NCBI GenBank assembly: GCA_002269645.1
Contig: NIVC01000158.1
Location: 62,001-126,000 of the forward strand
Origin: Macrostomum lignano
Taxonomy: Eukaryota
Direction of reading: 5' to 3'
Length of the DNA stretch: 64,000 nt
Program-made: the position numbers and the translations under genes
In this document: one piece after another, positions 1 to 12,753 of the stretch
How the letters are laid out: each line of letters begins with the position of its first letter
How positions within the stretch are numbered: the first letter of the stretch is position 1
Notes under the pieces: model-generated
Told to the model about the DNA's origin: nothing
The model's database searches: none
What the model saw: only the letters and a program-made list of their open reading frames with translations

Positions 1-680
1 CATCCAGTTACACAGGTATCACTCTCAATGACAGGTATGGCATCCAGTTACACAGGTATTACTCTCAATGACAGGTATGGCTCCCAGTTACACAGGTATC
101 ACTCTCAATGACAGGTATGGCTCCCAGTTACACAGGTATCACTCTCAATGACAGGTATGGCATCCAGTTACACAGGTATCACTCTTAATGACAGGTATGG
201 CATCCAGTTACACAGGTATTACTCTCAATGACAGGTATGGCTCCCAGTTACACAGGTATCACTCTCAATGACAGGTATGGCATCCAGTTACACAGGTATT
301 ACTCTCAATGACAGGTATGGCATCCAGTTAAACAGGTATTACTCTCAATGACAGGTATGGCATCCAGTTACATAGGTATTACTCTCAATGACAGGTATGG
401 CTCCCAGTTACACAGGTATCACTCTCAATGACAGGTATGGCTCCCAGTTACACAGGTATCACTCTCAATGACAGGTATGGCATCCAGTTACACAGGTATC
501 ACTCTCAATGACAGGTATGGCTCCCAGTTACACAGGTATCACTCTCAATGACAGGTATGGCTCCCAGTTACACAGGTATCACTCTCAATGACAGGTATGG
601 CATCCAGTTACACAGGTATCACTCTCAATGACAGGTATGGCATCCAGTTACACAGGTATCACTCTCAATGACAGGTATGG
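1..680. repeat. 40-bp minisatellite (catccagttacacaggtatcactctcaatgacaggtatgg)n in a C1GALT1 intron, truncated by window edge
   Basis: 17 near-identical 40-bp units read directly. Confidence 0.97.
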
Positions 681-691
681 CGCCAACTCAC

Positions 692-1061
692 ACACTAGCG
701 GCAGTCCGGTCGGCTTTGTGTTGCCAGTGTCAGACGAGAAGAAAAAATATCCATCACACCGGGGCGCCCAGGTGGCGTTGACGGCCCTGGCTTTGCTGTT
801 GTAGTTCTGCGGCTGAGTCATCACCCAGCACAGGATTCGAACTCGGGCGCCGTCTGAGTCTTTCTCTTCGTGCAGCAAATTTGCTGGATGCTGTTTCTTC
901 TGCGAAGCAGAAGATTCGTCTCCAACAAAGTTCAAAGAAGTTGGCAATCGAATCGAAGATGAGTTTCTGGATGCCAGCAGAGTCAGCAGAGCAAACAGGA
1001 GCCCCGTCATGGCCAGCACACAGAAGGCCAAGCAGATTCGTTTCAATCTCATTGGCCACAT
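692..1061 (-). CDS. C1GALT1: Core 1 beta-1,3-galactosyltransferase-like, first coding exon (gene continues left of window)
   Basis: MWPMRLKRICLAFCVLAMTGLLFALL signal anchor, then RILCWVMTQPQNYNSKARAVNATWAPRCDGYFFFSSD, matching the GT31 C1GALT1 motif RILCWVMT..N...KA..V..TW..RC; donor GTGAGT at 691. Confidence 0.85.
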
Positions 1062-1689
1062 TTTGCTAAGGTTTGATGGCGGCTGACTGCTTGTTGCACT
1101 GGCTGCAATGCTTTGTTCAGGCAAGAGATAATGCTTCAATTACATTTATCAATGCAGCAGAAGGCTCAGAGATATTTTTCAGTCTCTATTGTTCCGATCT
1201 GCAGCTGCTTAAGTCTGAAAGCGTACAGACTCTGCTTTCAGCTTAAAAGCAGCCAATTGCAGAATGAGAGGGGGTTATAGTTTCTGGAATGTTGTGTACA
1301 CTATAGCTAGCTCTGTCACTGTGGAGGTGGAATGCTACCGCAGATTTTAAGTAAAGTTTTGCTTTGCCTAAATATATATCTCTCTCTAACTCTCCTTCTC
1401 TCTTGTGCTCTCTGTTTCCCGCTTTTTTACACGCATTCAGTTCGGCTTTGTGGCGTACACTACGAGAATGAACGATCTTCTTGTAGCCAACCGTGGTCTC
1501 TGGCTTGGGGTAGCTGACTGGCTTAAATTAAAGTGTCACCGTTTTTATCTGTGTCTTTTAGGCCTCGAGTAAGAATAACGATCGGCTTGAGGTCTCGTAT
1601 GTAAAACAAGTATGAGATTCACAGGTTAATTAATAGATTCACAGGTGTAAGATTCTGAAATAAATAGATTCTTAGGTGTGAGATTCTCA

Positions 1690-2271
1690 AATGAATAGAT
1701 TTGTAGGTGTGATGTTGTCATATGAGAATGGATTCTTAGGTGTGAGATTCTCAAATGAATAGATTCTCAGGTGTGAGATTCTCAAATGAATAGATTCTCA
1801 GGTGTGAGATTCTCAAATGAATAGACTCTCAGGTGTGAGATTCTCAAATGAATAGATTCTCAGGTTTGAGATTCTCAAATGAATAGATTCTCATGTGTGA
1901 GATTCTCAAATGAATAGATTCTCAGGTGTGAGATTCTCAAATGAATAAAATCTCAGGTTTGAGATTCTCAAATGAATAGATTCTCAGGTGTGAGATTCTC
2001 AAATGAATAGATTCTCAGGTTTGAGATTCTCAAATGAATAGATTCTCAGGTGTGAGATTCTCAAATGAATAGATTCTCAGGTTTGAGATTCTCAAATGAA
2101 TAGATTCTCATGTGTGAGATTCTCAAATGAATAGATTCTCAGGTGTGAGATTCTCAAATGAATAAATTCTCAGGTTTGAGATTCTCAAATGAATAGATTC
2201 TCAGGTGTGAGATTCTCAAATGAATAGATTCTCAGGTTTGAGATTCTCAAATGAATAGATTCTCAGGTGTG
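1690..2271. repeat. 31-bp minisatellite (tgtgagattctcaaatgaatagattctcagg)n
   Basis: Period read directly; 5' edge degenerate. Confidence 0.95.
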
Positions 2272-2809
2272 CAAACAGAATTAATATTAATAAAATTTTA
2301 AAGCAAATATTTACGGGTGCGAGTAACTCGGCACTCCTCCTTTTCTAGTTCTGCCGCAACAGAGACTGTCCGCTGCTGAGAGTTCTAGGCAGTTTACGGA
2401 GGCAATTTAAGCAACTCCATGAGAATGGCTTATTTCGTCAATGCAAATATTGGCTAGCTAGCTTTAGCTGTAAAGCCCATCGTCTGCATTGGGCCAGTCA
2501 TATTTAACCAGCGGGACCCAAGCAGACCACTCTGGTGTACGTGGCTGTTTGCTGAAGCTGCCTTACCCGCTGCTGCAGAATGCACACCGACCTGTGTGGT
2601 AAGAAATTTGTTCGACCGGCAATTTAGGATGGCTAAACAGAGGGATGAATCGATTCTCTTGAACACTCTTCTCTCCCTGACTGCCCGGTTCAGTCCGTGC
2701 AGCCGCTGAAGCTGCACTTTGCGCTTGTAGGAAAGTTTTGCTGTTGAAGCAGAAGCAGGAAGTGTGGTGAGTATTTCTGCTTCATAGTTTAATTCACAGT
2801 TGAATCTGA

Positions 2810-4363
2810 TTTAGCATGGAATTCCATCTGGTTTGGGTTCCATTTAGCATGGAAACCATCTGGTTTGGGTTCCATTTAGCATGGAAACCACCTGACTTGG
2901 GTTCCATTTAGCATGGAATTCAACTGATTTGGGTTCCATTTAGCATGGAATTCAACTGATTTGGATTCCATTTAGCATGGAATTCAACTGATTTGGGTTC
3001 CATTTAGTATGGAATTCAACTGATTTGGGTTCCATTTAGCATGGAATTCAACTGATTTGGGTTCCATTTAGCATGGAATTCAACTGAGTTGGGTTCCATT
3101 TAGCATGGAAACCATCTGATTTGGGTTCCATTTAGCATGGAATTCAACTGATTTGGGTTCCATTTAGCATGGAATTCAACTGAGTTGGGTTCCATTTAGC
3201 ATGGAAATCATCTGATTTGGGTTCCATTTAGCATGGAATTCAACTGAGTTGGGTTCCATTTAGTATGGAATTCATCTGATTTGGGTTCCATTTAGCATGG
3301 AAATAATCTGATTTGGGTTCCATTTAGCATGGAAATCATCTGATTTTGGTTCCATTTAGCATGGAAACCACCTGACTTGGGTTCCATTTAGCATGGAATT
3401 CAACTGATTTGGGTTCCATTTAGTATAGAAACCATCTGATTTGGGTTCCATTTAGTATGGAATTCAACTGATTTGGGTTCCATTTAGCATGGAATTCAAC
3501 TGATTTGGGTTCCATTTAGCATGGAAACCACCTGACTTGGGTTCCATTTAGCATGGAATTCAACTGATTTGGGTTCCATTTAGTATAGAAACCATCTGAT
3601 TTGGGTTCCATTTAGTATGGAATTCAACTGATTTGGGTTCCATTTAGCATGGAATTCAACTGATTTGGGTTCCATTTAGCATGGAAATCATCTGATTTTG
3701 GTTCCATTTAGCATGGAAACCACCTGACTTGGGTTCCATTTAGCATGGAATTCAACTGATTTGGGTTCCATTTAGTATAGAAACCATCTGATTTGGGTTC
3801 CATTTAGCATGGAATTCAACTGATTTGGGTTCCATTTAGTATGGAAACCATCTGATTTGGGTTCCATTTAGTATGGAATTCAACTGATTTGGGTTCCATT
3901 TAGCATGGAATTCAACTGATTTGGGTTCCATTTAGCATGGAATTCAACTGATTTGGGTTCCATTTAGTATGGAATTCAACTGATTTGGGTTCCATTTAGC
4001 ATGGAATTCAACTGATTTGGGTTCCATTTAGCATGGAATTCAACTGAGTTGGGTTCCATTTAGCATGGAAATCATCTGATTTGGGTTGCATTTAGCATGG
4101 AATTCAACTGAGTTGGGTTCCATTTAGTATGGAATTCATCTGATTTGGGTTCCATTTAGTATGGAATTCATCTGATTTGGGTTCCATTTAGCATGGAATT
4201 CAACTGATTTGGGTTCCATTTAGCATGGAATTCAACTGATTTGGGTTCCATTTAGTATGGAATTCAACTGATTTGGGTTCCATTTAGCATGGAATTCAAC
4301 TGATTTGGGTTCCATTTAGCATGGAATTCAACTGAGTTGGGTTCCATTTAGCATGGAAATCAT
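2810..4363. repeat. 32-bp minisatellite (tagcatggaattcaactgatttgggttccatt)n, left part
   Basis: Period read directly; each unit contains a ttccat/atggaa inverted repeat. Confidence 0.97.
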
Positions 4364-6167
4364 CCCGGCGGTAAAAATCACGTCGAAATGACGTCGAAAA
4401 GCGACGTCGAAATTTCATGTCGATTTGAACCACGATTTCGACGTCGAAATTTTCGCCATCAGATGTAGAGTGTGCGACGTCGCGTTTTCCACTATTGATG
4501 GCGAAAAGTCGACGTCGTTCATATTCTTGATGACCGCAAGTAGATGGCGATTTTCGACAAACTGACGATTTTTTATCTACATATGCTAATTAATATTAAT
4601 AATATAACTGTAATGCATTATTTTTATACAATAGTCATAAACTGACGAACTACATGTACGAACTACAAACGAACTAAGCTGACGAAACATAAATGTTAAT
4701 CCATACACTAAAGTCACTAATCTACCTTAATAGGAAAGAAATATTTAAGCATAAAATGCCAAGCAAGGCTGTATGACGTTTCATTTGCTATCCAAACCAG
4801 ATCCTATTATCCCGCAACCATGAAAAACAGTGTATTCAATTCACCAGCAATTATGGAAACGATCATGGAAATAGCATCAAGGCTATTAAGAATAGAAAAT
4901 AGACGATGATGGAAAAATGAGGAGCAACAATGGTAACAAATGCAACTACATTAATTCAACAAATTGGAATCGTGAAAGGGAAACACTGAAAATCAACGGC
5001 GTCTGCGCGGTTACTCCACACGGAAATTCAGCTTTTTAGTGGCCCTTAAAAAGCGTCTTGTGCGGTCACGTAGGACGTCCTCAGCCGCCGAGTTGACAGA
5101 GGGGCATTTGCTGGAATTTTTGGTAGAGTAAGCAGCGGCTTTACTAAACAAGTAAAATACTATACAATGTTCTATATATTCCTGGGCCATATAGAGCATT
5201 TATAAAAGTTTTTATAGCATAGTTACATAGTATATCCTGTTTTCATTACAGAAAAAATAGATAATTATAGTATGGGTAGTAATTCATGCTCTAGATGCTG
5301 GTGATAAGGTACTTAAATGCTATAGCTGTTCTAGCTATTTCATGAGCAGCTATGGGTTGGGCTATGCTTTTATTTAGAATGTAACAAACATATATTAGAA
5401 TGAATAATGAAATAGTTAATGCTTAAATGGGATAATTATATATACTATTTAAGCTAAAATTGTACTTACGTCTTAAATTTCCTAAAACAAAATATTCTTT
5501 TAGCTATAGAATTGTGCTTTTATTACATTTATAAAAGTTAATATATTATTGTTTATTAAATATTCCACTATTATTCATTTCCAATAAGCTGTACTAAAGC
5601 GTAAAAAGTTGCTAATTTATAACTACTTTATTATTAATTCGCTTATCCTGTATAAAATGTTAAACGGTTAAACCTATCCGTCCTATAGGCAACAGTATTA
5701 TAAAACATCGAACTTTAAACGCATAAATTGTATATCAGATTAATTAATTAGCGAAAAAAATGAAACGCAATGAAAGAATAAGAATTTCCATGTGTGTTAC
5801 AGAAAATTTACGTTAAAGATTTACGTATGGATCGCAGTAAAATAATTTGGAAGTCTGCAATTGACAAATAATAGATATCGACATTCAGCATGGCGATATT
5901 TTAAAAAAGGTGTATCTCGCGATGCGTTGAAACAAAAAAATATTGTGTCCGTTTTACTGAATTTATTGATCCTTTCAATACACTGAAAATCACGTTGAAA
6001 AAAATATTTTTTAAATATCACTAATAATCATTTATGCAAAAACGAAGATAAAAATTTCATATCGAAATTTCGATGTCGAATGAAGGTTCAAACGTCGACT
6101 ACTCATTCGTCGCAAGTTTTTGAAAGGCGAATATCGACGTCATTTCGACGTGATTTTTACCGCCGGG
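4364..6167. mobile_element. Non-autonomous DNA transposon with 34-bp TIRs (CCCGGCGG...), 2-bp AT TSD; CMC/EnSpm-like
   Basis: cccggcggtaaaaatcacgtcgaaatgacgtcga at 4364 and its reverse complement ending 6167; AT at 4362-63 and 6168-69 restores the satellite unit; subterminal cgacgtcga repeats; no transposase ORF seen. Confidence 0.88.
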
Positions 6168-6325
6168 ATCTGATTTGGGTTGCATTTAGCATGGAATTCA
6201 ACTGAGTTGGGTTCCATTTAGTATGGAATTCATCTGATTTGGGTTCCATTTAGTATGGAATTCATCTGATTTGGGTTCCATTTAGCATGGAAATCATCTG
6301 ATTTGGGTTCCATTTAGTGTGGAAG
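6168..6325. repeat. 32-bp minisatellite, right part resuming after the inserted element
   Basis: Same unit, in phase with the left part. Confidence 0.93.
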
Positions 6326-6706
6326 CCATTTTAATTGTAAGGTGTAATGTCTTAGTTTTTCGTATTTCAAGAATTTGAACGTCTGGCAATATCACCATGT
6401 CAAAGCTCATAAGCTGAAACGTTGAATTCTAAAAAAATTAACAAAATGAGTTTGAAATAAAAATATTTTGAATTTAAGGTTGTAAGAGTCGATAAGGACA
6501 CTGTACTGAGCATCTTGTACTTGTATTGCTACTAATTTTAAGTTCTTTTATGATGCAACATTTATTTCTGACAATTCAACAGTCATCGAATGTGGGACAG
6601 AACAGACGGCTTTGATTTATGATTTTCTGCTCATCACTATTCTATCCATCTATTATTTAATTTAGCATGCCTAATTGGTCGCACGACGGTTTAATGATTA
6701 TTAGGC

Positions 6707-7238
6707 TAATTAGTCAGGTGTGAGGGTACCGTAGCCTAATTAGTCAGGTGTGAGGGTACCGTAGCCTAATTAGTCAGGTGTGAGGATAGCGTAGCCTAAT
6801 TAGTCAGGTGTGAGGGTACCGTAACCTAATTACTCAGGTATGAGGATACCGTAGCCTAATTAGTCAGGTGTGAGGATACCGTAGCCTAATTAGTCAGGTG
6901 TGAGGATAGCGTAGCCTAATTAGTCAGGTGTGAGGGTACCGTAGCCTAATTAGTCAGGTGTGAGGATAGCGTAGCCTAATTAGTCAGGTGTGAGGATAGC
7001 GTAGCCTAATTAGTCAGGTGTGAGGATAGCGTAGCCTAATTAGTCAGGTGTGAGGGTACCGTAGCCTAATTAGTCAGGTGTGAGGATACCGTAGCCTAAT
7101 TAGTCAGGTGTGAGGGTACCGTAGCCTAATTAGTCAGGTGTGAATGTACCGTAGCCTAATTGGTCAGGTGTGAATGTACCGTAGCCTAATTAGTCAGTTG
7201 TGAATGTACCGTAGCCTACTTAGTCAGGTGTGAGGATA
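6707..7238. repeat. 30-bp minisatellite (gcctaattagtcaggtgtgagggtaccgta)n
   Basis: Period read directly. Confidence 0.96.
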
Positions 7239-7323
7239 CGAAATGCCATAGTGGCTGCCTTGGCATAAACCGTAACCAATAAGGAACCACACAATGCGCT
7301 GCTACAATCCATAAATCAATAAA

Positions 7324-8002
7324 TCAATTCATCCGCGCCCCGCCCCGCCTGCGCAGGCTCAGCCGGCTGAGCAGGCTGGCCGTCCGGCCTCGCTGTCGCC
7401 GCTGCTCCTGGCTCTGCCTCGCCATGCTGGCGAAAGCGTCGCTATCGGGCAGAGTCGGCGTCGCCGTCGGTGGCTGCGCCGGAAGACTGGCTCGCTGGTC
7501 GTCGATCCTGGCGGCCTGGTGCTTGGCCAGCATGTCGAAGAATGCCTCGGCTGATTCGTCTTGACTGACGCCCGCGCCTGCGGCCTCCATTGGCAACAGC
7601 GGCGGACTGGCTCGCTGATCGTCCATGCGGCGGCCCTGACACCGGCTGACGAGGTCCCAGAATGCGGCCTGCTGGCGTCGAGAGACTTCGTCGACGTCGT
7701 CGTCGTCGTCGTCGTCGTTGTAGTTGTCGGCGGCCTCCTTGCCAGCTGCTGCAGTCGGTCGGCCGCTTCTCTGCCGGCTGTCCTTGCCACTGTGTCCGGC
7801 TGCGCCAAGGGATGCCCGCCTGCTGCTGCTCTGGGCTGCCGCCGGTGCCGGCCCGGATGTGTCGTCGTAATCGACATCAGCGTCGTTTGGACGGCGCAGC
7901 AGGCGGCGCAGGTCAACCAGGCTGAGCTTGGCGCTCTCCGCTCCGGCGCGGTCTCCGAGCTGCTCGCACAGGTGTTGGCGCCTCTTGGCGAAATGCGCGG
8001 CT
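7324..8002 (-). CDS. GPSM2: GPSM2/LGN/Pins exon 4 (last TPR, linker, two GoLoco motifs, stop)
   Basis: AAHFAKRRQHLCEQLGDRAG TPR; GoLoco motifs AFWDLVSRCQGRRMDDQRA and AFFDMLAKHQAARIDDQRA; acceptor catcccAG; phase fits exon 3. Confidence 0.88.
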
Positions 8003-8160
8003 CTGGGATGATTGAGAGATGGTTGGGAGCTGGGGATGCCAGTCAGTAAGAGTCTCAAAATGTTGCTTTGGACGAACCCATACGCTTGTATACTTTGCGG
8101 TAAAACTACCTGACTGATTAGTAACCCGAGTAATTGGACAAGTTCTGTGTGTACTTTATT

Positions 8161-8424
8161 TGAACTCATTGGATTGCAGCTGAACTCATTGGATTGCAGC
8201 TGAACTCATTGGATTGCAGCTGAACTCATTGGATTGCAGCTGAACTCATTGGATTGCAGCTGAACTCATTGGATTGCAGCTGAACTCATTGGATTGCAGC
8301 TGAACTCATTGGATTGCAGCTGAACTCATTGGATTGCAGCTGAACTCATTGGATTGCAGCTGAACTCATTGGATTGCAGCTGAACTCATTGGATTGCAGC
8401 TGAACTCATTGGATTGCAGCTGAA
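8161..8424. repeat. 20-bp minisatellite (tgaactcattggattgcagc)n
   Basis: About 13 perfect units. Confidence 0.97.
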
Positions 8425-8533
8425 ACTCCTTGTCTTTCTTTTTCCCATTGTTGGCAGCTACCGAAATGCATAAAAATTAAACTCAAACTACCCTACTAAC
8501 GGAGGACAGTAGTATAAGTGGCAAAGCGCTCAC

Positions 8534-9165
8534 CTGGCATAGTCGCCCAGACTACTGAAAGCGTTGCACAGCGACAGGCAGGCCTGGCTGGCTCCCAGTT
8601 TGTCTCCAAGCCGGTCTGCAATGTCCAGATGGCGCTCGTGATTCGCCACCGCTGCGGGATAGTCTCGCAATAGAGTCCGCGCGTTGCCTAGCAACCAGCA
8701 GGCCTGCGCCTCTAAAGCTGGCTGGTCGGGCGCGGCCCGGGCCAACTGCAGGCAGAGCTCGAACTGCTGGGCCGCGGCTGCCAGGTCGCCTAAGACAACG
8801 CTGGCGTTGCCGAGATCGCGACGGGCGAGCATCTCTGTTTCGACGTCGCCAGTTGCTATGGCAACGGCCAGACGCTCGGAGTGGCAGTCGGCGGCGGCGC
8901 GATGCTCGCCAAGCAGGTGTCTTGCGCTGCCCAGGCGGGCGCAGGCGCGGGCCACGCCGCGCTGATCGCCGAGCTGACGGCACAGCGCCAGGGCCTGGCT
9001 GTAGTGCTCGGCCGACTGCGCCAGAAAGCGACAGCGCAACGAGCTGACCGAAGCCGAAGTCGCAGCTGGCGACAAAGACGAAGGGAGCAGGTCGGGTCCG
9101 CCCTGCTGCTTGGCCTGGGCGTAGCGCAGGGCTCCCAGGCTGGAGTGTGCGTGGCTCTGAGCGAC
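8534..9165 (-). CDS. GPSM2: GPSM2/LGN/Pins exon 3 (TPR repeats)
   Basis: VAQSHAHSSLGALRY...EAQACWLLGNARTLLRDYPAAVANHERHLDIA aligns with LGN TPRs; acceptor cgcAG at 9166, donor GTGAGC at 8533. Confidence 0.88.
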
Positions 9166-9299
9166 CTGCGTGCGAGAAAACAGTTGTTTCCCTTAGGGTC
9201 AGGGTTTTATCTGTGGCGAGCAGCTCAGCCGTCTGACATCTTTGCTGAACAGCATTTTGACAAGGGACACGTTTTGGTTAAGGGACTCTGATCAGAGAC

Positions 9300-10225
9300 A
9301 AATAGGTAACAGACAATTCAGTAACAGACAGTTCAGTAACAGACAGTTCAGTAACAGACAGTTCAGTAACAGACAGTTCAGTAACAGACAGTTCAGTAAC
9401 AGACAGTTCAGTAACAGACAATTCAGTAACAGACAGTTCAGTAACAGACAGTTCAGTAACAGACAATTCAGTAACAGACAATTCAGTAACAGACAATTCA
9501 GTAACAGACAATTCAGTAACAGACAATTCAGTAACAGACAGTTCAGTAACAGACAATTCAGTAACAGACAATTCAGTAACAGACAATTCAGTAACAGACA
9601 ATTCAGTAACAGACAATTCAGTAACAGACAGTTCAGTAACAGACAATTCAGTAACAGACAGTTCAGTAACAGACAATTCAGTAACAGACAGTTCAGTAAC
9701 AGACAATTCAGTAACAGACAGTTCAGTAACAGACAATTCAGTAACAGACAATTCGGTAACAGACAATTCAGTAACAGACAATTCGGTAACAGACAATTCG
9801 GTAACAGACAATTCAGTAACAGACAGTTCAGTAACAGACAGTTCAGTAACAGACAATTCGGTAACAGACAATTCAGTAACAGACAGTTCAGTAACAGACA
9901 GTTCAGTAACAGACAATTCAGTAACAGACAATTCAGTAACAGACAATTCAGTAACAGACAATTCAGTAACAGACAATTCAGTAACAGACAGTTCAGTAAC
10001 AGACAATTCAGTAACAGACAGTTCAGTAACAGACAATTCAGTAACAGACAGTTCAGTAACAGACAATTCAGTAACAGACAGTTCAGTAACAGACAATTCA
10101 GTAACAGACAATTCGGTAACAGACAATTCAGTAACAGACAATTCGGTAACAGACAATTCGGTAACAGACAATTCAGTAACAGACAGTTCAGTAACAGACA
10201 GTTCAGTAACAGACAATTCGGTAAC
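9300..10225. repeat. 15-bp minisatellite (gtaacagacaattca)n
   Basis: Period read directly; gives spurious NRQFS/SVTEL ORFs. Confidence 0.97.
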
Positions 10226-10774
10226 ACGCGATTCTGTAGCAGAAAATCTTCGCCAAGAGGGAAGTTAACGATTAAGCAAAAGACATTTTTGGAAACAGCC
10301 AGCTCATAAACTACTGAAAAAGATTTCGAAATTAACAGTCACGTCTTTGACGACAGCACCTGATGAATGCAGTCCTCCTGATCCCTACACTTAATCCGCT
10401 ATAGGAGGCATCCATCATCACAGTCAAGAGCAGCCAAGCAACCCAGCAGGATCCCGCGCTGATCCTCTCAGACTCAGACTAAAGGCTGATGCGCTTCTCT
10501 TTTTTCTTCCTCTCCGTCTCCCTGTCGATCTTTGATGCAATTTGCATAATGTGCCAGGCACGGACCTGCACGCGCAGCCAAGTGCAGCCGCGTCAGTCTA
10601 TATCATAGCTGTAAATGCGAATCTATGGGGCCCCGTCCTCCACAGGGCCCGGCTTGGCCCCTCTCGGGTCATGGCTGTTTTGCCAGGCATCGTTACCTCC
10701 AGGGAAAAATCTGTAGCGATGAATGCCCTTTACTCAGAACAGGCTCACCTAGCTTGGCCCGTGTTGCAGAATCT

Positions 10775-10920
10775 ATGGTGAGGAATCTTTTGGTAAAGAA
10801 TCTATGGTAAGGAGTCTATGGTAAGGAGTCTATGGTAAGGAGTCTATGGTAAGGAGTCTATGGTAAGGAGTCTATGGTAAGGAGTCTATGGTAAGGAGTC
10901 TATGGTAAAGGATCTATGGT
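10775..10920. repeat. 14-bp minisatellite (tctatggtaaggag)n
   Basis: About 10 units. Confidence 0.93.
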
Positions 10921-10959
10921 GATTTTTCAAATCTTTTTAAAATTTCAAATCTTGGTATT

Positions 10960-11170
10960 TTTCAATCCGAAGTCCTGGCCATCACCCAATGTGCTTTGTA
11001 ACTCTGACAAATTTCTGCTCAATCGGTTACAGAATGTTTCAAAAGCTTGCAAAGCGAAGCGATCCTCAATACGAGGATCAACCTGATCTTGACACCAGCT
11101 GGCCACAGCGACATCCTCGGCAACGAGCTGGTGGATCAACTCAACAAACGAGGCAGCACACCGGCAGAGC
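10960..11170 (+). mobile_element. Decayed non-LTR retrotransposon RNase H fragment
   Basis: FQSEVLAITQCAL* then SVTECFKSLQ...RINLILTPAGHSDILGNELVDQLNKRG, resembling RNase H motifs FQAE..AI and W.PGH.GI.GNE.AD.LA..G. Confidence 0.6.
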
Positions 11171-11686
11171 GCACCGCTTGGTCAAGCTGCCTGCCCCGAC
11201 GTGATCCGTCAACCGCGCCATTCACTGATGGCTGAGCTGACGGCTGCTCCAAATATCATCAGCAAACGCGAGCTGCTGGCGAGGGCTGGGCGCAGCCCCA
11301 AGGCAAACGCCTGTAATGTTTTAGTGCCTGCGTCTATGTGTCAACTGTTGATATGCATTTAGACACAGAAATTTAATTGATTATCCTTAAAATGCAAAAG
11401 CATCCAATTAATTCGCATTTCTGCCCGTATCCAAAGCATACAGAGAGAGACAGAAAATCGGAGTTAATTATGCCAGCTAAAACGCCATCACCAGAGCATG
11501 CATTTTAGAGGCCTCTGTCAAGTGCGAAAAGCAGGCATCTCAGCCATTTTAGGAATTAATCTGTCACAATTAAAATCTTGGTATTATTGACTCAAAAAAC
11601 GCGCATTCAATAATCAATTAGTCCGTCTGGAGCAGAAAACTTTCTCTTATTTCTGCAACAATCTCTTCTGGAAGCAGCAGATCGAC

Positions 11687-12697
11687 ATGTCGCTCGCCAA
11701 AGACTTCGCGGCCCCGCTACTGGCCTACCTTCTGCTCTCCTTTGTCGTCTTGCCGCCGGCCGCCTCCGCGCCACCTACCTGCCCCCCTTCTGGCGGCCCT
11801 GCCTCAGCCAGTCCCTGGCCGCCTGGGCCCTGCCCGCTCCCGCCGCCTCCCCGCTCGAGTGCGTCATCCGGGCCCGCTGGCAGCCGCTGTCGGGCGTCGG
11901 GGTGGTGCAGCGGCACCGGCGCAGCTCCGCCTGCTCGCTGTTCCTGCTCAGCCGACTATGCCCCTGCTCAGCCTGAGCAGCCCGCCGGACGACCCCTCGT
12001 TGGGCTCGGCCGACTGCGAGCTGTTCGTGGACTCCGAGCTGGACGCCCTCGTCGCCAACCGGCACTTCACCGCCGTGTGGGTCGGCAACTGCGGGCCAGG
12101 CTGGAAAATCTCGTCTGCGACGCCCGCGGCCAGAGGAACTCCGTTGAGCACGACGGGGTCGTCTGGGCCAGCGACGGCGCCCGGATGGACGGCGCGACGT
12201 CGCGGATGTGGGTGACGGACACGCGGGTACCTCGACTTCAACGGCAGCCTCACCTGGCTCATGGAGGTGAGCAGGACGCCTAAAGTGAACGCCTTCATCG
12301 AGCTGACCGACTACAGCAGCTTTACAGAGTGCTGGCTGCATCTGTGGGAGTGGGACGACAGCAGCCCCACGGACACCCGGCGGCTGTACATCCAGAACGG
12401 ACATCGCGGCCTCATGTCCAAGCAGCAGATTCTGCCATCGGACAGCCAGCAATTCGCTCGAGTCGGTGCGCCCTCGACGTCTCAGACGTGACGGGCAAGT
12501 ACAAGCTGTACTCTAACGGCGCCTTCCTGCCCGACAGTGACGTGGCTGTCTCCAGCTATAGCTTCTATTCCATTGTCGACTTCTGCATCAAAATTGGTTG
12601 ACAAGATCTCAACAACCCGTTTGGAAAGCTAGCCGGCACAGTGAAGACGGTGGCCATGGCTAACAAGTACCTGAGTTCTGCCGTGTGCGAAGTTTAA
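11687..12697 (+). pseudogene. Intronless, multiply frameshifted secreted-protein gene (signal peptide, cysteine-containing N-domain, ConA/LamG-like C-domain), nested antisense in GPSM2 intron 2
   Basis: GC-rich codon-like sequence; plausible protein only by switching frames: MSLAKDFAAPLLAYLLLSFVVL / RATYLPPFW...SPLECVIRA / SADCELFVDSELD / HDGVVWASDGARMDGATSRMWV / GYLDFNGSLTWLMEV...TVKTVAMANKYLSS*. Confidence 0.55.
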
Positions 12698-12753
12698 TGT
12701 GTCCGAGTTTTGGAACTATGATTTAATTTGATTAATAAGTTATCTAGCTGCCG

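Noticed and set aside
2454-2717. 87-aa minus-strand ORF
   Set aside because: No recognisable motif or splice support; may be UTR or non-coding
1-7238. Regular 30-40-bp repeats resembling CRISPR arrays
   Set aside because: Head-to-tail units without unique spacers, no cas genes, eukaryotic context
9242-10309. Long ORFs on both strands (NRQFS, SVTEL, LLNC)
   Set aside because: Stop-free translation of a 15-bp intronic array
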